In this document: positions 38,237-47,548 of the stretch, piece after piece
Numbering within the stretch: position 1 is the stretch's first letter
Layout of the letters: the number at the start of each line of letters is the position of its first letter
NCBI GenBank assembly: GCA_964472655.1
Contig: CAYYLQ010000011.1
Location: 11,227 to 75,226 of the forward strand
Reading direction: 5' to 3'
DNA from: an uncultured Nitrospirales bacterium
Lineage (GTDB): Bacteria; Nitrospirota; Nitrospiria; Nitrospirales; NS-4
DNA length: 64,000 bases
Made by a program: the position numbers and the translations under genes
The notes under the pieces: generated by a model
What the model was told of the DNA's origin: nothing
Seen by the model: the letters and a program-made list of their open reading frames with translations, nothing else
Database searches by the model: none

Positions 38237-39526
38237 TCATTTTCCGGCCACCCGTTTGTCGAGTTCCCCGGCGAGCAAGATAGCCTCGGCGATCTCTCGC
38301 ATTGAGCGCCGCGTGTCCATGCTCTGGCGCTGCATGATCCGAAACGCTTCCTCCTCCACAATGTGCTTGCTTCGCATGAGCTGGCCCTTGGCGCGCTCGA
38401 CCAGCTTGCGCACTTCAAGCGCTTCCTGCATTTCGAATGACTTCTCCATCAGGCTTGTATTTTCGATCGTGATCGCCGCTTGGTTCGCCACCGCCTGCAA
38501 CACTTTGATTTCCTCGGCGGTAAACAGATGCTCGTGCGCCGTGTAGCTGTTGATGACCCCAATCGGCTTGTCTTTGACCAGCATGGGAACCGACAACAGC
38601 GAGCAGAGCCCTTCCTTACGCGCCAAATCCGGGTACATATAGCCGGGGTCTTTGGTGACATCCAGAACCGCGATGGGTCGTCGATCCTTGAGCACGCGGC
38701 CGCTGATGCTCTGCCCGACTTTCAGGTTAGGTTTTCGACGATAGCTCTCGCTAAGGCTTTGGGTGGCCACAATGCGAAGCTCATCGCGCTCTGAGTCCAA
38801 CAGCATGATCGAGCAGATCGCCGACCCCATCATCTCCGCCGTCATGGTCACCAGGAGATGTAAAACTTCTTCCAGCAGACGCCCAGACGTGATTGTCGCG
38901 CTGACCCGGGAAAGCGTTTCGACCTGACGGGCTTTTTGAGTGATTTCCGCATGAAGCCTCGCGGTTTCGATCGCGCCCCCGACCTGACGCCCCATCGTGG
39001 TCATAAGCGCCACTTCATCGGGAAGGTGCCGGTGGAGTTTTTTATGCTGGACGTTGATAACTCCGATCACCTCCCGTTTGGCGATGATGGGAACGGAGAG
39101 AAAGGCCTGATGGCGATCTTCCGGGAGGTTGTGGAACACCTTGAACCGGGGATCGTCGCTGGCATTGCTGGCGATTGCAACGTGTCTCCCCTGTTGTGCA
39201 ACCCATCCGGTGATCCCTTCACCCAGGCCCAAGCGGATGCGGCCGATCAATTTGGGATGGGGATTTTTGGACGCCCTGAGGACGAGCTCGTCGCGGCGGG
39301 GACTGAGGAGATAGATGAGGCACGAGTCCGCCTTGGTAACTTCCGTTGCGACCTCGACGATATCATGCAGAACGGCATCAAGATCGAGGTTTCCGCTGAC
39401 CGTCTCGCTGACTCGATGCAGAATCTCGGCTTCCCGTGTTTTGTCGCGGAGGGTCCGCTGCAAAGCGGCGACTGACACCCGATTGTTCTGCTTCATCCCG
39501 GCAACGCTCCCCTCGCGCAGGGGCAC
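38237..39526 (-). CDS. GAF-GAF-ANTAR RNA-binding antitermination regulator
   Basis: Two GAF-like modules are followed by a C-terminal ANTAR helix bundle, LEVRKLVERAKGQLMRSKHIVEEEAFRIMQRQSMDTRRSMREIAEAIL. GTG 39526 or ATG 39496 may be the start. Only 18 nt downstream of aroB. Confidence 0.85.
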   Translation of the reverse strand: MPLREGSVAGMKQNNRVSVAALQRTLRDKTREAEILHRVSETVSGNLDLDAVLHDIVEVATEVTKADSCLIYLLSPRRDELVLRASKNPHPKLIGRIRLGLGEGITGWVAQQGRHVAIASNASDDPRFKVFHNLPEDRHQAFLSVPIIAKREVIGVINVQHKKLHRHLPDEVALMTTMGRQVGGAIETARLHAEITQKARQVETLSRVSATITSGRLLEEVLHLLVTMTAEMMGSAICSIMLLDSERDELRIVATQSLSESYRRKPNLKVGQSISGRVLKDRRPIAVLDVTKDPGYMYPDLARKEGLCSLLSVPMLVKDKPIGVINSYTAHEHLFTAEEIKVLQAVANQAAITIENTSLMEKSFEMQEALEVRKLVERAKGQLMRSKHIVEEEAFRIMQRQSMDTRRSMREIAEAILLAGELDKRVAGK

Positions 39527-39544
39527 TATAACACGGGGAGAGGA

Positions 39545-40675
39545 TCAGGTTCCAGACTGCCGCGTTCCGAGGATTCGCCGGATGTGGGATTCTTCAACGG
39601 GCTGGACGGACACGTGGCCAATGCGCTCAGGCAAAACAAAGTGGATGCGTTGATCCTGGACTTTTTTATCCTGCCTCATCGCACGAAGAAGCGCAGGTGT
39701 CGAAATCACGGGCAGCCGGTCAGGGAGGCCGGCCTTGTGCACAAGACCGCGGATGCGCCCAGTGATATGCATTTCCGCCAGGCCAAGATGCGCGGCCAAT
39801 CGTGCGGCAATGACCATGCCTATGGCAACGGCCTCCCCATGCTTGTAACGCCGATACTTCGTGACCGTTTCCAAGGCATGGCCCAACGTATGTCCGAAAT
39901 TCAGGATGCGCCGCCGGTCACCTTCTCGTTCATCTTCGGACACAATCGCCGCCTTAATGGCTGAGGACGTCAGGATGAGCCGGTGGACAACCGCCGGATC
40001 AAGGTCGAGAATCCGGTTCATATTGTCCTCCAGAAAGGCAAAAAACCCGGCGTCCGCGATCACCCCGTATTTGATGACTTCCGCCAACCCGGCACGGTAC
40101 TCGCGGGCAGAGAGCGTCCGAAGAACCCCAGGATCGCTCAATACCAATTGGGGCTGATAGAACGAGCCGATAAGGTTCTTGCCCAGCGGATGGTTGACGC
40201 CTGTCTTTCCGCCGATACTGGAATCGACCTGCGCGACGAGGGTCGTCGGCACCTGCACGAAAGGAATGCCGCGCAAATAAACGGAAGCCGCAAAACCGGC
40301 GAGGTCGCCGATGACCCCGCCCCCCAATGCAAGGAGCACGCTTTTTCGTTCACACCGGCGGCGGACAAGCTCATCGAGGATGGCGGACACCCACTTTAGC
40401 GACTTGGTGCGTTCGCCGTCCGGCAGACACAAAATGTTCGTCCGGAATCCTGCGCCTTTGAGGCCGCGCAATAATCGGGCGCCGTAGAGCCGCTTAACCA
40501 CAGCATTCGTGACGACTACGGCATCAGCGCCTGTTGTGAGGGGGCGCAGCAGTTCTCCGGCCCCGTCAATCAGTCCTTCCTGGATGAGGACATCATAGCC
40601 CCGATCGGCGAGGTCCACGCGTACGCGATCAGGTTGCGGCAAGGAACGGCGGTTCTCTAGAGAATCGGATTTCAT
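39545..40675 (-). CDS. aroB: 3-dehydroquinate synthase
   Basis: Start re-assigned to ATG 40675 (MKSDSLENRR..). Motifs GGGVIGDLAGFAA, GGKTGVNHPLGKN, NFGHTLGHA. Confidence 0.9.
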   Translation of the reverse strand: MKSDSLENRRSLPQPDRVRVDLADRGYDVLIQEGLIDGAGELLRPLTTGADAVVVTNAVVKRLYGARLLRGLKGAGFRTNILCLPDGERTKSLKWVSAILDELVRRRCERKSVLLALGGGVIGDLAGFAASVYLRGIPFVQVPTTLVAQVDSSIGGKTGVNHPLGKNLIGSFYQPQLVLSDPGVLRTLSAREYRAGLAEVIKYGVIADAGFFAFLEDNMNRILDLDPAVVHRLILTSSAIKAAIVSEDEREGDRRRILNFGHTLGHALETVTKYRRYKHGEAVAIGMVIAARLAAHLGLAEMHITGRIRGLVHKAGLPDRLPVISTPALLRAMRQDKKVQDQRIHFVLPERIGHVSVQPVEESHIRRILGTRQSGT

Positions 40676-40724
40676 CGGATACAGCAAGACGGATACGGCA
40701 TGAACGAAGTTCGTGAATGCTGCG

Positions 40725-41885
40725 TCAGAACTGTTTGACGTACGCCTGGTAGGAGTCGTAATTGCGTCGCATCTCGTCCAGCGTATCGCCACCGAATTTT
40801 TCGATTAGCGCGGCGGCGATTTCGTACGCCACCACGGCCTCTCCCACCACGCCTGCCGCCGGCACCGTACAAATATCGGATCGTTCGATGGTGGCTTCAA
40901 GCGGCTTTTTCGTCTGTATATCCACGCTTTTCTTGGGGGAATAGAGCGTGGCAATGGGCTTCATCGCGGTTCTCAATACAATCGGCTGGCCGTTGGTGAT
41001 GCCTCCCTCCAAACCACCAGCGTTGTTGCTGCCTCGTATGAATCCTGTCTTCTGCTCATAAAAAATTTCGTCATGCACTTCAGAGCCGAACTTTCGGGCC
41101 GCATCAAACCCCATGCCCACTTCGACCCCCTTCATCGCCTGGATGCTCATCAGCGCCATGGCCAACCTGCCGGTCAGACGGCGGTCCCATTGCGCATAAC
41201 TGCCGAGCCCAAGCGGAGGATTGCTTACGATCACTTCAAAGATGCCTCCCAGCGTATCGCCCTTATGCTTGGCCTCACGGATTCGCTCCACCATCAGTGC
41301 CGAACTCTTTGCTTCGGGACAGCGTACTTCAGATTCTTCCGCCTGTTGGAAGGCCTGTTCCGTCGTCAACCCTTCCAAGGAAGCCTGTACTCCACCGATC
41401 TCAACGGTATAGCTGTAGACGCGCATCCCGAATTCAGCCAGGAGCCTCTTCGCAACGCCTCCCACCGCCACACGGATGGCCGTCTCGCGAGCGCTGGCCT
41501 TCTCCAGGACGTTGCGGATGTCGCGGTGGTTATATTTGATCGCGCCGACCAGATCGGCATGGCCCGGGCGCGGGCAGGTGACGACTTTTTCCGTGACCGG
41601 GGGACCCGGTTCGGGCGCCATGACCGCTTTCCAGTTTTCCCAGTCCCTATTCGCAACGTGCAACGTGATCGGCGTGCCGAGAGTCTTCCCCTTGCGGACG
41701 CCGGACAAAAATTCAACGTGATCCTGCTCGATCCGCATGCGGCCACCACGGCCATAGCCTTTTTGCCGTCTGGAGAGGTCTCGATTGATGTCGTCAGCGG
41801 TCAGAGGCAGGCCGGAGGGGACCCCTTCCAGGACGGCGATGAGACCTTTCCCGTGGGATTCCCCCCCGTTCAGATACCGCAACAT
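40725..41885 (-). CDS. aroC: Chorismate synthase
   Basis: 386 aa. [15 protein letters not shown].., GRSSARETA-like [22 protein letters not shown]. Confidence 0.95.
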   Translation of the reverse strand: MLRYLNGGESHGKGLIAVLEGVPSGLPLTADDINRDLSRRQKGYGRGGRMRIEQDHVEFLSGVRKGKTLGTPITLHVANRDWENWKAVMAPEPGPPVTEKVVTCPRPGHADLVGAIKYNHRDIRNVLEKASARETAIRVAVGGVAKRLLAEFGMRVYSYTVEIGGVQASLEGLTTEQAFQQAEESEVRCPEAKSSALMVERIREAKHKGDTLGGIFEVIVSNPPLGLGSYAQWDRRLTGRLAMALMSIQAMKGVEVGMGFDAARKFGSEVHDEIFYEQKTGFIRGSNNAGGLEGGITNGQPIVLRTAMKPIATLYSPKKSVDIQTKKPLEATIERSDICTVPAAGVVGEAVVAYEIAAALIEKFGGDTLDEMRRNYDSYQAYVKQF

Positions 41886-41909
41886 AGGGGGACAGTACCC
41901 TACTTGCGG

Positions 41910-43937
41910 CTAATCTTTCAAGATCGTCGGCGTAACGAAGACCAGCAATTCGGTTTGCTGCACGGAGATCGCTTCGGTTTTGAAGAGCCATCCCAGGAAC
42001 GGGATTCGATTGAACCACGGGACGCCGGACGTATTATCATTTCTCGTTTCTTCGAAAATCCCGCCGAGCACGGTGGTTTCTCCGTCACGGAGAAGAATTT
42101 CCGTCGTCGCCTCCTTCTTGTCGATCGTGGGGCCCGCCGCAGTCGATCCCGAACCGAGAGAATTCTTTGTTGCTTTAATCTCAAGCCTTACCGTATTCGC
42201 ATGCAAAATGACATGCGGCGTCACGTTCAACGTCAGTGTGGCGTCGACGAACGTTGTTTGCGTGCCCTGGAGCGATGTCGTCTGGTACGGAATTTGGCTC
42301 CCTTGCTCGATTTTGGCCGGCTTGTTGTCAAGGGTAATGATCTTGGGCGAAGAGACGACTTTGCTCAACCCCAACGACTCGCCGGCCGACAGACGCATGT
42401 CGAGTGTGCTGCTCGTACCCAGGAACCTGCCGACGAGCAACCCGAACGTACTCGTGCCGGCTCCAGCCGCAGGAAGATTGACCAGGAAGTCGCTCGTCTG
42501 GGAAAAAGCGGCTCCCCCCGATACGCCCAGGTTAGTCGTAATCGGCCCTCCACCCGACCCGCCCTTTAGTGAACTGATTCCCCATTGGACGCCGAGCCCG
42601 CGCGCGAAGGTTTTGCCCGCTTGAACGATCCGGGCTTCGATCTGCACCTGCGGCGTCCGTTGGTCAAGATCACGCACGATCTTCTCAACCTTGGCGATAT
42701 TGTCCGCAATGTCGCGCACGACCAATGAATTCGTCCGGCTGTCAATTTTGATCTCGCCCCGCGTGCTCAGATTACTCTTCGCTACGTCGACCGACTTTGC
42801 GGCGTCCGCGTAGTTCAAGTACATGATGCGTGTGACGAGATCTTCAGCTTTGAGATTCGCATCCTTGGCCTTCACCGCCTCGTCTCGCAGCCTGGTGATA
42901 TTTGTAAGGGTGTCGATCCACAGGATATTGCCTTCCCGGATCTGGCCGAGATTGTTCAATTTCAGAATCAAATCCAGCGCCTGATCCCACGGGACATTGA
43001 GCAGTTTGAGGGTGACTTTGGCCCTCACGCTTTCGCCAACGACCATATTGAGGCCGCTCACATCTGCGATCAATCTTAAGACGCTGCTGATCTCGGCGTC
43101 CTGGAAGTCCAGCGAAATGCGTTTTCCTGGAAAGCGTTCACCGCCTGCCGCCGCTCCGCTATCCACCGAATCGCCAGCCTTTGGTTGGGCCAGCGGCGGC
43201 AACGGATCCAACGACTTCAATCTTTCCGGGACAGGAACAGGCACACTCTTGCGGCGGTTCTCCATTGCCGGCTTTTCCGCCGTTGCAGGGGCGCTCTGCG
43301 TAGATGCCATTGCTTCCTGAGTGCCCGGCAAGGACACTCGATCGGACAGCGTCACGCGGAGCTGTGAACCATTTTTTTCGATCGTATACGGAACGGCTCG
43401 TTCAAGATCCAGCACCAGCCTCAACTTAGGCTGTGGCAGCTGGTGCATTCCGATTCTGATTTGGCGCACCATGTGGTGACCGATAGGAATCGCATGCCGC
43501 TTCGTTCCGTTGACAACCCCCGGCAGATCAAGAATGAGACGATTGCCGTCAAGGCGCATAACTTGGTAGCTCAGATCTCCGTCGCCCGTGATTACAATCA
43601 CCAGGCCCTCGTCCTGGCGTTGAATATCAATAGCCGTTAATGTCTTCGCGGGGCCCAAAGGTTGTGAAGGCGTCACCTCCATTGGCACAGACGCTGGAGT
43701 GGTGATTTCCGCCGCCTTTGCCGCCGGAGTCGGCTCGCTCGCCGGTTTAGGCGTTTCCGCCTGGATAGCCTGCACATCCACCGCGCGCTCAACAGGCGAG
43801 GCTTCGGCTTGAGCGGCTGGCGGCGGCTCGGAACCTGTCGGACTCACCAAGGCTTCAGTCTGGGCACAGCCTTGTCCCAACCCCAAAGCCAATGTTCCCG
43901 CCAGGAGCACCCACAGGCGAGGAGATTGCGTTTTCAT
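41910..43937 (-). CDS. pilQ: Type IV pilus secretin PilQ
   Basis: 675 aa. Signal/lipobox-like N-terminus, AMIN-like repeats, and a C-terminal secretin domain (VPWFNRIPFLGWLFK..LLVFVTP). Confidence 0.9.
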   Translation of the reverse strand: MKTQSPRLWVLLAGTLALGLGQGCAQTEALVSPTGSEPPPAAQAEASPVERAVDVQAIQAETPKPASEPTPAAKAAEITTPASVPMEVTPSQPLGPAKTLTAIDIQRQDEGLVIVITGDGDLSYQVMRLDGNRLILDLPGVVNGTKRHAIPIGHHMVRQIRIGMHQLPQPKLRLVLDLERAVPYTIEKNGSQLRVTLSDRVSLPGTQEAMASTQSAPATAEKPAMENRRKSVPVPVPERLKSLDPLPPLAQPKAGDSVDSGAAAGGERFPGKRISLDFQDAEISSVLRLIADVSGLNMVVGESVRAKVTLKLLNVPWDQALDLILKLNNLGQIREGNILWIDTLTNITRLRDEAVKAKDANLKAEDLVTRIMYLNYADAAKSVDVAKSNLSTRGEIKIDSRTNSLVVRDIADNIAKVEKIVRDLDQRTPQVQIEARIVQAGKTFARGLGVQWGISSLKGGSGGGPITTNLGVSGGAAFSQTSDFLVNLPAAGAGTSTFGLLVGRFLGTSSTLDMRLSAGESLGLSKVVSSPKIITLDNKPAKIEQGSQIPYQTTSLQGTQTTFVDATLTLNVTPHVILHANTVRLEIKATKNSLGSGSTAAGPTIDKKEATTEILLRDGETTVLGGIFEETRNDNTSGVPWFNRIPFLGWLFKTEAISVQQTELLVFVTPTILKD

Positions 43938-44785
43938 TAGCTCACCTCTTTTGGACGCAGAAGGAGTTCGACTTCCTTCGTGCTTTTGTTGCCCATGACG
44001 TCAATGCTCGGCTCAGATACGATGATGGCTTTATCAGTGATTGTCGTGATGACGCCATTATTCGTCCCCATGAGCATGCCTTCCTTCACCGTATAACCTT
44101 TCCCGTCCGGTGTTTGAACCAAGCCGTAATAGCCGTATCCTCCCCACATAATACCCAGCAGTTTTAAATCGCTGATCTGGACCCGTTGCAGCGGAGGCAT
44201 TTCGGCTCTCGTTTTGTCGACCTTGACCAGGCGGGTAAGGGAAAGGAACGGATCCCGCCGGCTCTTCGGATCGTACGTGTATCCCTCCGTTGATTCCACC
44301 AACGCAGGCGCGTTGACGGTTGCTGGCGAAGCTGTCGTCGGCGCTTTCAGCGGCGCTGGCGCCCCTGTACCGGCGGCCGGTTTCGGCGATTCCTTTGCCC
44401 TTTCACCTGCTTGAACAGGCGGTACAGGCATTGCGGGCGCGATTGGCGCCGTTGCGGGTTGCCCCCCCACCGACTTAGACGCGCCGGCAGCCGGAGCAGC
44501 CGGCGTCGCAGGGCTTGCACCTGTTTGTGCTGGCGCGCCAAGTGCGGGACCGGTCGTTGCGGCTGGCCCTGCGGGTTTCGCGCCAGGCTGTCCTGGAGCC
44601 GGTTTCGGCGGCGGCGCGGCGGGTTTCGGCTCCTCCCCCATGAAAAGGGACATCGCGACCAAAATCTGTTCACTACTCGAGCCCGATTGCGCTGCCGCGG
44701 TCGAAACAGAGACGCCTCCAATCAATTCGAGACCTCCCGCAAGTAACACAATGCCCAATACGACTCGCATTTGCAGCACCTTCAT
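43937..44785 (-). CDS. pilP: Type IV pilus assembly protein PilP with a long Pro/Ala-rich linker
   Basis: C-terminal PilP-like domain (YDPKSRRDPF..LKLLGIM..VQTPDGKGYTVKEGMLMG). The stop overlaps the pilQ start (TAATG). Confidence 0.7.
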   Translation of the reverse strand: MKVLQMRVVLGIVLLAGGLELIGGVSVSTAAAQSGSSSEQILVAMSLFMGEEPKPAAPPPKPAPGQPGAKPAGPAATTGPALGAPAQTGASPATPAAPAAGASKSVGGQPATAPIAPAMPVPPVQAGERAKESPKPAAGTGAPAPLKAPTTASPATVNAPALVESTEGYTYDPKSRRDPFLSLTRLVKVDKTRAEMPPLQRVQISDLKLLGIMWGGYGYYGLVQTPDGKGYTVKEGMLMGTNNGVITTITDKAIIVSEPSIDVMGNKSTKEVELLLRPKEVS

Positions 44786-44803
44786 GACTTCTGCTCTTCG
44801 CTC

Positions 44804-45433
44804 CTATTTCACAGGCGGTTTGGCCGCGGCGGCAGCGGGGGGTGCAATCGGAGCCGACGGGGACGCAAAAGCCGTAATCTGGAATGTGGCTTGAACCGAC
44901 ACGCGATCTCTTTCCACTTTTCCGGATCCCATTTGGATTTTACTGACATTAATGATCCGAGGAAGCTTGCTAATGCGATCAAAAAACAGCGCCAGGGTAT
45001 GGTAGCCCCCGGTCATTACGACATCCGCAGGCAGCCTCACAAAGAGCTTGGAAGCGTCTTCTTGGCGGCTGCCTGGTTTCCAACTCTTCAGGCTGAGTCC
45101 GATTCGCGTTCCCAGATCAGAAAGCTGTTTGAGAAGCGTCGCCGCTTCCGATTCCGGGGGAAGATGGTCTTGGTTCTTGGCAAGCTGTATTTCCAGTTCG
45201 GCATTCAACTGCTTGAGTGCCGCAAGATTCTTCACCTTCTCTTTATTGATTGTGATTTCCTTGTCGAGCTTCTCGACTTCTGTTCTTAAAGTCTGAATGA
45301 CCTGTTGCTGTGGGTCTTCGACAAGGTAATAAAATCCCGCCCCGATGCCGGCCAACAGGAGAACCAGAAGGGCAATCTTCTGGTTCATGGGGATAGCTTT
45401 GAATGCGGCTATGTTGGGCATTTGAAGTGCCAT
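44804..45433 (-). CDS. pilO: Type IV pilus assembly protein PilO
   Basis: 209 aa with an N-terminal TM segment, a coiled coil, and a PilO-like C-domain. Positioned between pilN and pilP. Confidence 0.8.
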   Translation of the reverse strand: MALQMPNIAAFKAIPMNQKIALLVLLLAGIGAGFYYLVEDPQQQVIQTLRTEVEKLDKEITINKEKVKNLAALKQLNAELEIQLAKNQDHLPPESEAATLLKQLSDLGTRIGLSLKSWKPGSRQEDASKLFVRLPADVVMTGGYHTLALFFDRISKLPRIINVSKIQMGSGKVERDRVSVQATFQITAFASPSAPIAPPAAAAAKPPVK

Positions 45434-45436
45434 ATG

Positions 45437-45991
45437 CTAACCCTTTACCGTCATACTGATTCTAAACGAGTAGACGGTTACGCCGTCTTCCTGCCCTTGC
45501 ACGCTCTCCTGCAGAGTCACGGATAAAAAATAATTCGACTGCTGAAGGTTCTTGATGAACTCGACAATGTCGTCATTGGTCAAGGCCTTTCCCACTACCA
45601 TGACCTGCGTGTCGCCTTCCATGCTCGTCAACCAGACCTTCACAGGATCAAGACCCTGGCTCAGATAATCGAGAAGCCGGACCGGACCGCCTTGATTCTT
45701 TCTGAGTTGCTCGATGACCCGGATTTTATCTTCCAGTAAGCGTTTCTTCTTCTCGTAGCCTTCGACTTCCTCGACCTGCTTCTTTAAGGCATCAAGTTCT
45801 TTCGTCTTCGTCGCTTTCGCTTGAGTCTGAAAAGTGACTTCATCCACAAGCATCTGCCACCGATATCCGCACGCCCCCAAAAAGATCAGGATGACTCCCA
45901 GCCCGACTCCGAGCTGCATCATCGCCTCGTCAGCCGGGGTTTTGGCTTTCTTGGCCGCGCGCTTGACCGGCAGAAGATTGATTTTAATCAA
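45437..45991 (-). CDS. pilN: Type IV pilus assembly protein PilN
   Basis: 184 aa with the N-terminal MIKINLLP motif and a single TM segment. Confidence 0.8.
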   Translation of the reverse strand: MIKINLLPVKRAAKKAKTPADEAMMQLGVGLGVILIFLGACGYRWQMLVDEVTFQTQAKATKTKELDALKKQVEEVEGYEKKKRLLEDKIRVIEQLRKNQGGPVRLLDYLSQGLDPVKVWLTSMEGDTQVMVVGKALTNDDIVEFIKNLQQSNYFLSVTLQESVQGQEDGVTVYSFRISMTVKG

Positions 45992-47055
45992 CGGTCGCCC
46001 TCCCGGCGAAGAGCCAGACCGACCACTACTGCCGCATCCGGCGCCACCTCTGCCAGCTCTTCTGGACTCATTTTGAGACCCGTGGCATCCAACTTCACAA
46101 AAGGATTCGCCACTGACGTCTCAATACCCACCTGCTCCGAAATCCGTGCTGGCAAGCTCTTGATCTTCGAGCATCCGCCGCACACGACAATACGCGCGAT
46201 CTCATCGTCCGGCGATGTCGTGCGAAAGTAATCGAAGGAACGGCCTATTTCAGTTGCCACTTCCATATCAACAGCAGCAATTGCCTCATTGAGAGCAGCC
46301 TCATTCACACCCGGATAGCGTCCCTTTTTGGCCGCTTCCGAATCATCAAGACTTAAGCCAAGATCTTGCTGAATGCGCTCCGAGTAACGGTTTCCCCCGA
46401 TCGTGATATCGCGCGTGAACACCGAAATACCGCCTTTTAGAACGTTGATATTCATCACGCTCGCTCCGATGTTGACAAGAGCGGTCAGTTCAGCAGGAAC
46501 GATGTCGTAATTGGCACAGTACATATTCTCAATTGCGAAAGCATCAACGTCCACAACCTTTGGGGTCAAGCCCGCTTCGCGGACGGCATTAGCGTAATCG
46601 TTCAGTTTGTCTTTTTTGGTGGCGACCAACAAGACTTCCATTTCTGCCTGGCCTTCGCCGCGTTGTTCTTCCTGTGTCAGGATATGGAAATCAAGGTAGA
46701 CATCGTTAATATCAAATGGAATGTACTGCTCGGCCTCAAATTTGATCTGTTTCTCTAATTCTTCTTCCGGCATATGCGGAAGGGCGATTTTTTTAACAAT
46801 CACGGAAGTGCCTGATATGGACAAAGCGACGTCCTTAATTTTCAGCTTCTGCTCACCGGCCAACTCTTTGATTGCCGTCACAACACCGAGCCCATCCATG
46901 ATCGCCCCATCAACGATCATCTCAGCCGGCAGCGATTTCATGCCGAATCGTTCGATCTTCAGCTTCCCTTTGGCCTCCTTGAGTTGCAAGGCCTTGACGG
47001 AGCCGGACCCTATATCCAATCCGAGCAAGTATTCTTTCGAACCAAATCCAAACAC
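45988..47055 (-). CDS. pilM: Type IV pilus assembly ATPase-fold protein PilM
   Basis: 355 aa with an actin/FtsA-like fold (LGLDIGSGSVKAL). Overlaps the pilN start. Confidence 0.9.
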   Translation of the reverse strand: MFGFGSKEYLLGLDIGSGSVKALQLKEAKGKLKIERFGMKSLPAEMIVDGAIMDGLGVVTAIKELAGEQKLKIKDVALSISGTSVIVKKIALPHMPEEELEKQIKFEAEQYIPFDINDVYLDFHILTQEEQRGEGQAEMEVLLVATKKDKLNDYANAVREAGLTPKVVDVDAFAIENMYCANYDIVPAELTALVNIGASVMNINVLKGGISVFTRDITIGGNRYSERIQQDLGLSLDDSEAAKKGRYPGVNEAALNEAIAAVDMEVATEIGRSFDYFRTTSPDDEIARIVVCGGCSKIKSLPARISEQVGIETSVANPFVKLDATGLKMSPEELAEVAPDAAVVVGLALRREGDR

Positions 47056-47079
47056 TGCGTGACCCTGTCCTTCCTACGT

Positions 47080-47340
47080 CTAGTTAGACGCACGTCTCCG
47101 AATGATTCGCTTGATCTCTTCAAGGTTCGTAGTGGTATACAGGCGCCAATTTCTCCAATCCCGCGGCGGCGTTGAAATCAGCCCCTCACGTTCCCATCGA
47201 AATAAGGTCGCCTTAGAAATATCAAACAAGTGACACACTTCGAGCGTCGAAAATCGACGGGGACGAGGAGAGGATTTCCGGCTCGCATGGCGGGCGCCGG
47301 AAAGTTTCTTTTTCACCTCGACGGCTTTCATATGGGCCAT
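47080..47340 (-). CDS. Small MerR-type HTH DNA-binding protein (HTH domain only)
   Basis: 86 aa. FSTLEVCHLFDISKATLFRWEREGLISTPPRDWRNWRLY matches the MerR/excisionase HTH pattern. Basic N- and C-tails. First gene after the promoter island. Confidence 0.6.
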   Translation of the reverse strand: MAHMKAVEVKKKLSGARHASRKSSPRPRRFSTLEVCHLFDISKATLFRWEREGLISTPPRDWRNWRLYTTTNLEEIKRIIRRRASN

Positions 47341-47380
47341 ACTCCGTTTGCCGCACGCATCCTGACTCTAAAGTGTCTTA

Positions 47381-47408
47381 AGTATAGTTAATATAATTTT
47401 AATGTCAA
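47381..47408 (-). promoter_or_regulatory. Near-consensus sigma-70 promoter for the HTH-pilMNOPQ transcription unit
   Basis: Minus strand reads TTGACA (47408-47403), 16 nt, TATACT (47386-47381), inside a locally AT-rich island. About 40 nt upstream of ATG 47340. Confidence 0.5.
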
Positions 47409-47548
47409 GAATTTTTTCTCCTAATGTTTTCAATGATTTCCCCCATCCATGCCGCCGCCGTTCAGCACATAAAACAGTGCACGAGACATCTTGACTGTTG
47501 CCAGATACAACCCAGAAGAAATGAATCGCGCGGGAGGGAGAGTATCGA

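Noticed and set aside
41073-42569. A 498-aa plus-strand ORF spanning the aroC/pilQ region. The 540-aa ORF 55633-57255, antisense to adk/secY, is a similar case.
   Set aside because: Both are antisense to conserved housekeeping genes and have no motifs.
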